DNA of 64,000 nucleotides from an uncultured Phycisphaerales bacterium (GCA_963976955.1 CAXBMD010000003.1:147464-211463), one strand, 5' to 3'; positions 40,564 through 49,700 are shown, counted from the stretch's first letter. Numbers and translations are program-made. The notes: a model not told the origin generated them from the letters alone.

Positions 40564-41935
40564 TTGTCATCTCCTCTAGGTTGTTCGCGTTGGCGCGGGT
40601 TTCTGTGAGTTCGGTGTAGGTCTTGCCGGTCTGCTCGTGGATGGCTTCTTTCCCGGTCCATTGCTGCCAGCGGGCGATCGCGACATCGACATAGCGCGGG
40701 GAGAGTTCCATCCCGGCACACACGCGTTTGGACTTCTCGCAGGCGATGAGCGTCGAGCCGCTGCCGAGGAACGGATCTAAAACAATCTCACCACGTCGCG
40801 AGCAATCAAGGATCGCCTCTTCGATGAGCCGCACCGGTTTGATCGTCGGGTGGAGCTTGAGCACTTCGCGCGACGCGGGGTCTCCCTCGGCGGCATCGAG
40901 CGAGCGTGCCGATGGGAAGCTCCACACATTGCTCCGCATGCGCCCGTGCTCGCCGAGGCCGAAGTTGTTCCGGTGACGATCGGTCCCGTGCTTGAACACA
41001 AAGACCAGTTCGTGCTGGCTGCGATAGAACGTGCCCATCCCGGGGCGGTCCTTAACCCAGATGCAGAGATTCTTGAGCTCGGTGTAGTGGGTGTTGCCCG
41101 CGGCCAGCATCTCGGTGGCGTGCCGCCAGTCCATGAAGTGGTAGTGGATCGAGCCGGGACTGCTTACCTTGCAGAGTTGTTTCATCACGGACCCGAGGAA
41201 CTCCGTGAACTCGGCCGGGGACATCTCCCCTGAACCCATGGCGAAATCGCCGTGCTCACCGGCGCACACCTGTCCGATGGCTTTGGCGGGTAAGTTGTAC
41301 GGGGGATCGGTGAAGATCATTGCGGCCTGCTGATCGCCAAGCAGTTGTTGGTAGGAAGCCGGATCAGTACAGTCGGCGCACAGCACGCGATGTGCATGGT
41401 CTCTATCGCCGAGGATCCAGAGATCACCGGGTCGAGTTACTGGGGCGAGAGCTTGGTCGTCGGGAAGATCATCCGCATCATCGTGCTCGGCGATTCCATC
41501 ACCGGCAAGTGCCTCCTCGATCCCCAAGATCCGCTGCTCGATCTCACCGTAGTCGAAGCCGATGCACTCGATGTCGAAGTTGAGATCCAGATCGGAGAGG
41601 ACCTTGAGGTGCTCACCGAGCAACTGGTCGTCCCAGGTGCTGATCTCGGTGAGCCGGTTGTCGGCGATCATCAGGGCACGGATCTGAGAGTCGTCGAGAT
41701 CGGTCACCCGGATGGCCGGAATCGAGGTCATCTTGAGGAGTTTGCTCGCCTCGACACGGGCATGGCCGCACACCAATCGTGAATCCTGATCGATGATCAC
41801 CGGCATCCGGAAGCCGAAGGCTTCGATGCTCTGGGCGATCTGGCGGATCTGCTTCTTGGGATGCACACGAGGGTTACTGGGGTGGGGGGTGATGTTGGTT
41901 AATTTGATATGTTCGATCTGTAGTTCGGTGTTCAC
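40556..41935 (-). CDS. ParB-like N-terminal domain fused to a DNA methyltransferase (DPPY, N6A/N4C beta class)
   Basis: The ParB-N part reads IEHIKL...HPSNPRVHP...ICGHARVEA. The methyltransferase part has motif IV FTDPPYNL and motif I IVLDPFLGSGSTLIA. The start is a GTG at 41935 with SD AAGGAG. The longer ORF-track N-terminus is rejected. Confidence 0.85.
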   Translation of the reverse strand: MNTELQIEHIKLTNITPHPSNPRVHPKKQIRQIAQSIEAFGFRMPVIIDQDSRLVCGHARVEASKLLKMTSIPAIRVTDLDDSQIRALMIADNRLTEISTWDDQLLGEHLKVLSDLDLNFDIECIGFDYGEIEQRILGIEEALAGDGIAEHDDADDLPDDQALAPVTRPGDLWILGDRDHAHRVLCADCTDPASYQQLLGDQQAAMIFTDPPYNLPAKAIGQVCAGEHGDFAMGSGEMSPAEFTEFLGSVMKQLCKVSSPGSIHYHFMDWRHATEMLAAGNTHYTELKNLCIWVKDRPGMGTFYRSQHELVFVFKHGTDRHRNNFGLGEHGRMRSNVWSFPSARSLDAAEGDPASREVLKLHPTIKPVRLIEEAILDCSRRGEIVLDPFLGSGSTLIACEKSKRVCAGMELSPRYVDVAIARWQQWTGKEAIHEQTGKTYTELTETRANANNLEEMTNG

Positions 41936-42331
41936 GGTGAACTCCTTAGTCAGGGCGATGACACGAAGACACCGCCGCAGGGACAAAGCGACCCGAGCAC
42001 GCACAAGCGGATATGGAGAACGACACCACAACACGCCGGGCATACCGGTAGAACAGGATGAATTTCTGAGTTCTAGTCGCCCGAGCCCCGGCGTCAGAGA
42101 TCGGTCCGGAACCATGTTCCAGTATCCGCTCCGAGACCTGCTGGATTGAATCAATCGCACCAGCGGGAACCTGCCTGGACCATACCAGGCTACGGCCTAA
42201 CTACCCATGCAGCCGGCCGCGGCTGGGCAATCCAACTGCTCCCGATCACATCGACCCATGTCGGGTGGGTTGGGAGGGGATGGATTGCCTAGACAAATTG
42301 TAGCACAAAAATGCAGGGGTCAAGCGTAGAT

Positions 42332-42630
42332 GTAGTGGGCAAAGAAAAAAATTTCTGCATGCAGTGTTCAGACATTAGATAATTGCTCTATTTCGACTTT
42401 CAATTTACTTACATCTGGGAATTGGTAACAAGCCATTCGGCTGGAGAGATTCACAGTGAGCCACGGAGCGCGGATAGGGTTTTTGAACCTCTGAAGGGTG
42501 GGATTTCGGCTGAATTGTAGATGATTCTAGAAAGATTGAAATCCATCCGTTTGGGTACGTTTAGCCGGGTTTCTTCGAGAATGTAAATGACTCCAGAAAG
42601 ACTGAGTGCCTTATGATTGAGTACACTCCG
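42332..42630 (+). repeat. Junction repeat copy R1
   Basis: It contains GTAGTGGGCAAAG (42332), GCGGATAGGGTTTTTGAACC (42470), an internal tandem duplication of a GATTCTAGAAAGA-type unit, and GTGCCTTATGATTGAGTACACTCCG (42604-42630). Confidence 0.7.
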
Positions 42631-42736
42631 TCTCAAATTTGTGACGATGGAGCTTATGTGGTACAAATTTCGGTTCCCAAGGGGGGCGACCAACAATCAA
42701 CTTCAACTCGCTATAATCTGTTAGTAGGAGGTATGC

Positions 42737-42910
42737 ATGCCCTGGCTCACTGAGATTCTCGCGTTCATCGGCGGCGTCATTGCCACACTTACTGCAAAGC
42801 CGCTTCTAGGACGGTTCATGATCCGTATGAATTCAAACCGCGTAAATCAGTCCAATGCCAAAGCGTCCGGCGACATTGTTGGCCGTGACAAGATCGGACG
42901 GGATGCCTGA
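42737..42910 (+). CDS. Small membrane-anchored protein (57 aa), the first ORF of the ABC-3C-like operon
   Basis: Hand translation gives MPWLTEILAFIGGVIATLTAKPLLGRFMIRMNSNRVNQSNAKASGDIVGRDKIGRDA. It has one TM helix and a GDIVGRD-type motif. An SD GGAGG lies upstream. Its stop overlaps the next ATG (ATGCCTGA). Confidence 0.5.
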   Translation: MPWLTEILAFIGGVIATLTAKPLLGRFMIRMNSNRVNQSNAKASGDIVGRDKIGRDA

Positions 42911-43481
42911 GTTGGGCAATAACCGCACCAATCAGTCAGGGTCACAGGCTGGCGGCCATATAGCCGGTAGAGATATTCATATTGTTAATGAACAGCAGCA
43001 CATCTCGCCGCTTCGATCACTACTAGCTCGTATTGATCAAGCACGCGAAGATGATCCAGAGCTCAATGAGTTGATTGATCAGCTTCAGCACTTCTCAAAT
43101 CCTGCTGGGGACGGCCCGCCAATCGGCCTTGAGAAGAAACTCATGGATGGCAATCGCGAGGAATTAGTTCGGCAAGCCACTCGTGAGAAGGAGATGTTTG
43201 CCAAGCTCCTCGCCCAAAATCAGCTCTCGTACAGCGCGCAGAAGGTATATGCATATTTACTGGGCAGCGTACGAGATCGTTTCAAGCGATATATTACACC
43301 ACTTCTTTGCGACAATGCTACAGCGGATCAAGTCGACGCAGCCATTGTTGAGCACATCGTCGAGCCGTGTGTGCAAGACCTCGAGCACAACCCGCTCGAT
43401 ATCAGCACAACTCATATCCACGGCATGGTGTATTTTCTGACCGGCAACTGCTATTTGCTATGGACAGGGAGGGATGTATGA
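42903..43481 (+). CDS. ABC-3C C-terminal-domain (CTD)-like component
   Basis: The sequence runs MPELGNN...AGGHIAGRDIHIV and then helical...HGMVYFLTGNCYLLW. It resembles my recollection of ABC-three-component CTD proteins. The ORF-track start at 42855 is also possible. Confidence 0.55.
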   Translation: MPELGNNRTNQSGSQAGGHIAGRDIHIVNEQQHISPLRSLLARIDQAREDDPELNELIDQLQHFSNPAGDGPPIGLEKKLMDGNREELVRQATREKEMFAKLLAQNQLSYSAQKVYAYLLGSVRDRFKRYITPLLCDNATADQVDAAIVEHIVEPCVQDLEHNPLDISTTHIHGMVYFLTGNCYLLWTGRDV

Positions 43482-43984
43482 TCCTTTATCACCCCGTTCA
43501 CGATCCGCATCATGCGGCCTTTCGTATGCTCCGCTTGCTATTGGCCCATCCCGATCACGCGATACCTCACATCGCTCTTAGAATTTTGGATTTCTATTTA
43601 CTTTTCCCTGCGGAGATCGAGGATATTCAGATGCCCGCCGCACTGCGTACGTGGAAAACGATGTTCCGCTCACACCAGAACAAGTACTTCTCGAACGTCT
43701 CGAAACACTCAGTCTTCAGGCAGCTAGCGGGACCACAGGTGCTGGGTCTCCGTCTACTGCAGTCTCGCGGCCTCATCTCTGATATCGCTGGCGACGCCAA
43801 TCCAATCTCAGCGCATGTGGAAGAGATCCCATCCGGACTTGCCGATATGCTGCGGCGTGTGGATGATTCAGAGCGACAGCTGATTAACTTCCTCGCACGC
43901 GATCTTGGAGCGACCGAGTTGAATGGCCAGATGGGCTTGAAAAAAAGAACAGGGCTTGCTGAGTTCCGCTATGACATCGCATAA
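43478..43984 (+). CDS. ABC-3C middle-component-like protein
   Basis: The 168-aa helical protein reads MILYHPVHDPHHAAFRMLRLL...LRILDFYLLFP. It overlaps the upstream gene by ATGA and the downstream gene by 14 nt. Confidence 0.55.
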   Translation: MILYHPVHDPHHAAFRMLRLLLAHPDHAIPHIALRILDFYLLFPAEIEDIQMPAALRTWKTMFRSHQNKYFSNVSKHSVFRQLAGPQVLGLRLLQSRGLISDIAGDANPISAHVEEIPSGLADMLRRVDDSERQLINFLARDLGATELNGQMGLKKRTGLAEFRYDIA

Positions 43985-45977
43985 TCCCAGCTTGTTTGTG
44001 AGACGATTCGTGATTTCCGCGGGGGAACATCGTGGTTATGACGAAACATTTAAACTTGGGCTTAACTTTATCACCGGCGAGAGCAATGCCGTAGGCAAGT
44101 CAACGGTTGTCAATCTGCTCGCGTTTGCGCTTGGCAGTGATCTGACTGATTGGACGCCAGAGACGCTTCGGTTTGACAGTACTCTTGTAGAAGTAAGTCT
44201 GAACGGAGCAACGCTCACACTGAGGCGAGAGATATCTGAAGATCGTGGCCGGCCAATGGACGTCTACTGGGGCTCGCTTGATGACGCGCTCAAGGCCACG
44301 ATCACCGATTGGGAACGATACGGTTACAAGCGATCTGATCACAAAGAAAGCTTCTCATCGCTGCTGTTCAAACTACTTGGCTTGCCGGAAATTCACAATG
44401 AGCTGGGCGGTAAGCTCACGATGCACCAAATTTTACGACTCATCTTCGTCGATCAACTGACTCCGTCCGACGAGATGTTTGGCTCCGAGGACTTTGATTC
44501 ACCTGCAGTGAAGCGTGAAGTTGGCGCAATTCTCTGCGGATACTATAGCGATGCGGAGTACAGGCTCCGTGCTGATCTTCGGACCGCAGCAGATGAGCTT
44601 CAAGAGCTGAAGGCACGGCAGAAGATACTCGACGAATTCGTCCTAGATACAGAGCAAGATATCTCGGTACTGTCCGTGCAAACACAGTTAGATAATGCTC
44701 GCTTCAAGCTTACGGAGGCAGAAGCCTCAGTGCGAACCGTCTTGGAAAATCCACGTTCTCGACGTGAGATCACTACTGAGTACAAGCGGCAACTGAAGGC
44801 GGCCCAGAAGGATGTTGAAAATGCTGCCCACGATCTAGGGCGTTCCGAACGAGAGCTCGTTTCAACACGGTTTGCTATCGAGGATAGCCAGTTATTTGTA
44901 GACTCCCTTGATCGGACGCTCGCAGCGCTGGAACAGTCCGCGTCAATTCGTGATGCACTTGGCGAGTTGCCTATACGTAGTTGCCCAGTGTGCCACCATC
45001 CAGTCGCTTTGGTGGCAGATGAGTCCAACTGCCCTCTATGCAAAGAGACGCGAAGCCCCGGAGCTGATGAGACACAGCTACTGCGAATGCGCAGCGAACT
45101 CACCCTACAACGGGAGGAATCCCTTCGCTTGCAAGATGAGCGGCAAGAACAGATGCTTCGTTTGGAAGTTGTAGTCCCACAGCAAAAAGTAGCTCTCAAA
45201 ACTACAAGAATGAAGCTTGGTCGCCTTCAGGAGAGCATCGATCCGGCCATTGATGCAACGATTGGAACTGCTTATCGTGAGGCGGGCTACTTGCAGGGTG
45301 TTGTCGAAGATCTTGAACGGCAGCTTCGAATGGTGCAGGAGCTAGAGGCAGCAAGGGAGCGTCGCTCCCGGCTGGACGCAGAAATCAACCGCATGAAGTC
45401 CGAGCTTGCTGCAGCCGAAGATAAAACTGAAGAACGACGCTCTGAGGCCCGGCGGCTCATATCTGAACACACTGTGGAATTGCTTCGACGAGATGAATGT
45501 AATGCGCAGGGTGAGCCAGTAGAACGCGGACTATCTGAGTGTCACAGCGTTGATTTCAGCTTTTCAAAGGGACAAGTGCGAGTAGATGGCCGGCGGACGT
45601 TCTCGGCAAGCTCGATGGTAATCCTTAAGAACTCATTTCATACAGCGATGCTGCTCGCTTCTCTTGATGATCCTGATTTTCGGTATCCACGCCTGCTCAT
45701 TTTAGATAACATTGAAGACAAGGGAATGCAGCCATCCCGAAGCCATAATTTTCAGCATCTGCTACTAGATGTGTCCAAGAACACGGAAGTAGACCACCAG
45801 ATTATCGCCACAACTTCTATGATTGCTGAGGATCTCAGAGGCTCTGAGCATATTGTCGGGCAATACTATACATCGACACGGAAGTCTCTCGTACTCCCCA
45901 GTCATACCTCGGCGGACGGAGAAGGCATAACGACGAGTAAACCTGCGGCCGAGCCAAATGAACCGGACGCAGATTAA
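43971..45977 (+). CDS. Rad50/SMC-like ABC ATPase with a coiled-coil insert and a central 4-Cys zinc ribbon
   Basis: Motifs present are Walker A GESNAVGKST, a signature-like FSASSM and Walker B RLLILDNIED. About 300 aa of heptad-rich sequence contains CPVCHH...CPLC. Confidence 0.8.
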   Translation: MTSHNPSLFVRRFVISAGEHRGYDETFKLGLNFITGESNAVGKSTVVNLLAFALGSDLTDWTPETLRFDSTLVEVSLNGATLTLRREISEDRGRPMDVYWGSLDDALKATITDWERYGYKRSDHKESFSSLLFKLLGLPEIHNELGGKLTMHQILRLIFVDQLTPSDEMFGSEDFDSPAVKREVGAILCGYYSDAEYRLRADLRTAADELQELKARQKILDEFVLDTEQDISVLSVQTQLDNARFKLTEAEASVRTVLENPRSRREITTEYKRQLKAAQKDVENAAHDLGRSERELVSTRFAIEDSQLFVDSLDRTLAALEQSASIRDALGELPIRSCPVCHHPVALVADESNCPLCKETRSPGADETQLLRMRSELTLQREESLRLQDERQEQMLRLEVVVPQQKVALKTTRMKLGRLQESIDPAIDATIGTAYREAGYLQGVVEDLERQLRMVQELEAARERRSRLDAEINRMKSELAAAEDKTEERRSEARRLISEHTVELLRRDECNAQGEPVERGLSECHSVDFSFSKGQVRVDGRRTFSASSMVILKNSFHTAMLLASLDDPDFRYPRLLILDNIEDKGMQPSRSHNFQHLLLDVSKNTEVDHQIIATTSMIAEDLRGSEHIVGQYYTSTRKSLVLPSHTSADGEGITTSKPAAEPNEPDAD

Positions 45978-46026
45978 CCACGCACATGATTCGCGAATCA
46001 ATGATTGCCACGCACTGTCATATGAC

Positions 46027-46382
46027 GTAGTGGGCAAAAACGAATCGACGGGTATGGTGGCTGATAGTTATTGGATTTGCAGAGGAATGGATGTGCTTGG
46101 GGATCAAAAACCCTATCCGCGCCCATCGTCGATGCGACAGCTGGAATTTGGCAGTTTGTTAGAGCAGCCCGAGTCTTTGAATCACTCAATGGCATCACTT
46201 CGTGTGCTATCGTGCAATCGACCCATCGGCTCTACCCAATGCCAGCATTTTGGGTGACCGTGCGGCATTGATCTTGTATCAAAGGTGCGGATAGGGTTTT
46301 TGAACCCCTGGAGGGCGGGGGGTCTGCAAAAAATATAGTTGATTCTAGAGAAACTGTATGCCATATGTTTGAACACACTCCG
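46027..46382 (+). repeat. Junction repeat copy R2 (most complete; contains a 17-25 nt inverted-repeat pair)
   Basis: It contains GTAGTGGGCAAAAA (46027), TCAAAAACCCTATCCGC (46104-46120), GTCGATGCGACAGCTGGAATTTGGC (46128), GCGGATAGGGTTTTTGA (46287-46303) and GTATGCCATATGTTTGAACACACTCCG (46356-46382). Confidence 0.75.
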
Positions 46383-46760
46383 GGTAGAAGTTGAACGGTT
46401 CAAGGTCTGCAGTGAAGACAGGCAATACGAAACCACCATCATTGTCAGGCAAACCATGATTCTAGCCCCTAGCAAGGAAGACCCTGCCGGGGTAGTTCCA
46501 GGACTAAAGGAAGCCCGGACAATTGAAGGTAAGCCATGCAATCGCCTCGACGAGACGCGATTTGAGATTGTTGGATCCAATACTGTTCTTATTCGGGTAT
46601 AGTGATTATCAGGTGGAGCAACTAGACTACAATGTTCGTCCGCTTCATTCCATATTGCAGGTGCCGGCTCCTGACTAGCTTACCAATAGCTTGCCCATTT
46701 TTTATGCGAGATAACTCTTGAAAAAGATGGAATTCGCAGATTGTCCAAACATGACGAACT

Positions 46761-49700
46761 TCAGGCATCCAACAATGTATCTGGATAGCAGATTTTAACT
46801 TGTGCAATGGCATCATCTTCAATGAACTCAATCGGTACGCGATTCTGAAACAGGAGGACTGATTCAATGGTCGTTTCCTCCATGCCAACAAATCTAGCCA
46901 ACGCCTGTTGGTTGTCACAAAGTAAATTAACCCGTTGCAAATGACGCAACAGCCGATCGGGTTTTCCACGGTTATCTACTTGACCACGAAACTCCACCAG
47001 TTGCCTTGCAACTTCTCCAGGGGTCTTCGCAACAAATAAATTTTTACACTCGATGACAAGCGTGCGCGATAGTTTCGGATTCCATGCGAGAATATCTACA
47101 TCACCATAGTCTCGTTCGAGCTTTCTTCCGAGAATCTCTGGAAGTTCACGCTCGAGCTTAACTTTCCACCCATCCTTTCGGAGCAATGCTGCCATAGATT
47201 TGGTGAACTTGTGTCCAAGTTGATTACGGCGTGATCCAGCCCAGGCACGCATCCGCTGAGATGTGAAAATCTGATCCTCAAATTCACCATTAAATGCGCG
47301 CGACAAGCGAAGTGCGAGTCCTATCCGCACCAGTTCTGGGCTACATATGCATAGGCTCTCATCCGAATTGGTCAGTTGAACGATTGGGCGGTAAACCAGC
47401 GACAATCGACGCTTGAATCGCCACGGGACAATATCTTTGTCGGTATACCCTTCGGAAGGTATATCCCATGAAGCCCTATGCCTGATGATTAGTTCATTGA
47501 TAAACCGGTTGGATGAGTCTTCCGACATAGACTTTGCTGCGAGTTGGAAATATCGGGATCGTTTCCAGCATACGACTGGGCTGTGCTCTTGAAGAGCTTG
47601 GTCATCCAGCTCGTCAAGGAACTTCCGTGCTTCGTCAATATCGAATCCGAACTCTTCTTTCCAAATCTCAGGAAACTCGGCACCTACTGTCTCGGCTATA
47701 GGATCGCTTCGGATATCCTGCTCAAACATATTTTCGTATGAATCTGAGTAGCTCTGGAGGCGGATAGATTCCGTACCGAAACCATATGGTTCGAGAATAC
47801 CATCGTGAAAATCACTCGAGATATGAAGGAGCCCAAGTGTAGATACTTCAATTCTGTCAGTGATCACTTCGCACTGAATGCCATCAGACCAACCGCCGTA
47901 TTGGCAGATAAGCTGAATCAGTGCTATAAGTCGCGATAACTCAAATTCCCCTGGCATTTCGCCATCGCTCTCGGGGCACTCGCAAATCGCCATCTCGATA
48001 GCGTATCGACTTGCACTACTTGCGATGTTATTACGAAAAATATGATCTGCTGCAGTTCGTAGTGTGTTGTCTTTACCATCTTGTAAAGCAAGGACAGCAC
48101 GAATCGTTCTCTGCCACTGTTGATTGCTGCGATGAGTCGCCATCGTATTGAGCATCAGTTTCTCGATAGTTGACTTTCGATCAAGCCGCTTGAGCAACTT
48201 CCGTACATCCTCCCATAGGGAATCTACGACTTGGTTCAGTGTGGAAGTACACCGCTTGACCCCATCAATGACATCTCCAGGAGACAATCCTTTCACCCGA
48301 AACGCTATGCCCAAACGACTAAGCGTGTCGTCAAACGGTTCGAATAAAATCGGATGACGGGGTATCTTGTCAGCTACGAAATCAGCAAATTCTCTCGCTT
48401 CGAACAAATGAAAATGGCGAGCGTATTCACTACCGACCGCCTGCTTGGCAGTCTGGATGGGATCAAGATCAGTGTTGAGTATCTGATTGACACCGTCTAC
48501 GAGCGACATCAGTATGGCCTGTTCAGCGGAGTTCTTTGGTTGGTGAAAGCCAATGTACACGGATCTTGGCAAATAGGAAGTGATACTTTTTTTCGAAATG
48601 TTAACTCGTGTCTCAATTTTCGAAAACAACTGATCGGCCGATTCGGGTTGATCAATATTGAGATCCGCGGGATCAGATGTAGTTTCGTACTCAATATGCC
48701 ATGCAATTTCGGTCATGGATGAGATTCCGATCGCCGATTCGAGTGCTGGGACAATCGTCGCGATCCATTTAGTAGCTGCATCCCAGAATCTAAACAGACC
48801 ATCACGATCTTCGGGGTCTGCAGTATGGCTGGTGAGCCACACACTCATCCAGGCCCCTTCGTACACTGATTTGAGCGTGCCCAAGGCAATATCGGTTATA
48901 GATCCATAAAGCGGCAAGTCGAATTCGGAACTAAAATAGGAACCTATATGGTACCGACGAACTAGCACTGGCATTGATTCGGGTGGAGTAGCAAGATGAA
49001 GATCATGTAGTTGAGCAACGCAACGGCGCATATCGAAGATTGAGTTTAAGGGGATTGAGAGCATCAGCGGACCACCGTCCTTGACCATGTCCGGCTCGAG
49101 GGCACTATGGGGTGCGAGATGGAAACCTTGACTGGAAACAAATTCGAAGAGATTCAATAGCCCATTTGCATTTCGAATCAGGACATTTCTTCGCTCAAGT
49201 TCCCGGACATGGTCTAGCAGGCGAAACATGTGAAGCGGCTGCATTCCCTTTGACCAACTCAAGGTGACAAGTTGCTCGATTGATGTCACTTCGATACGCC
49301 AGTCATCTCTTCCTGTTTCAAACGCAGGTATTGCAATTCCACGCCCCCATCCGCAACCAACCACGATTGTGATACCCTCTTTGTAGTTCGGCTGTGATGC
49401 CGCACGACTCATTGCAGCATCTAGGCAGCTTTGGCATAAGTCGCCAGCGTTGTCGAAAGAAGGACTTACGCTTGTGAAATTGTGATAATTGAACTGCTCG
49501 AAATCATCCAAGAGGAATAGGAAATGGATGAAACGACCCGAGTCGACCTCCTTTATGACTTCACCTGTGACAATGGGATTGTCAAAACGCCATAAAAGTG
49601 GGGCACCGAACGATTCTCCAAGTATTGGGGTTCCTTTGATGAGATCCGTATACTCGAGTGCTAAACGACTACCCAGCATGCTTTTCATGCCATACTGATC

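Larger units (their letters stand above)
36499..42160. mobile_element. Integrative-element module (serine recombinase, DUF2924-like, TerL-like, DUF5681-like and ParB-MTase genes); the exact ends are undetermined
   Basis: Five co-oriented genes are tightly packed or overlapping. They lie directly downstream of a tRNA gene and are followed by a sharp drop in GC content. Confidence 0.6.

Noticed and set aside
40556-42160. The 534-aa ORF-track version of the ParB-methyltransferase gene.
   Set aside because: The first 75 codons are low-complexity read-through of the upstream region. A GTG at 41935 with AAGGAG 6 nt upstream begins exactly at the ParB-N domain.
42465-42515. Whether GCGGATAGGGTTTTTGAACCYCTGRAGGG is a tRNA 3'-half remnant (a T-arm-like GGGTT..GAACCC), which would imply tRNA-derived att sites.
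   Set aside because: The putative T stem pairs poorly, the loop does not fit TTCRANY, and it bears no resemblance to the 3' end of the adjacent tRNA-Ser.
42451-42696. An 81-aa minus-strand ORF (TTG start) inside repeat R1.
   Set aside because: It lies entirely within the repeat and its internal tandem duplication, has no SD and lies antisense to the downstream operon leader.
46097-46310. A retron-like msr/msd interpretation of the inverted-repeat pair.
   Set aside because: No reverse transcriptase gene is present anywhere in the window, and the flanking genes are convergent 3' ends.
45958-46602. ORF-track ORFs in the R2 spacer: 45958-46257 (99 aa), 46182-46580 (132 aa, minus strand) and 46339-46602 (87 aa, TTG start).
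   Set aside because: They overlap each other and the repeat blocks, use weak starts and have no motifs. Only the possibility of a decayed small ORF is kept, as a finding.
46622-46969. A 115-aa minus-strand ORF overlapping the 3' end of the giant gene.
   Set aside because: It is out of frame with, and overlaps, the nuclease-domain coding region. It has no independent support.
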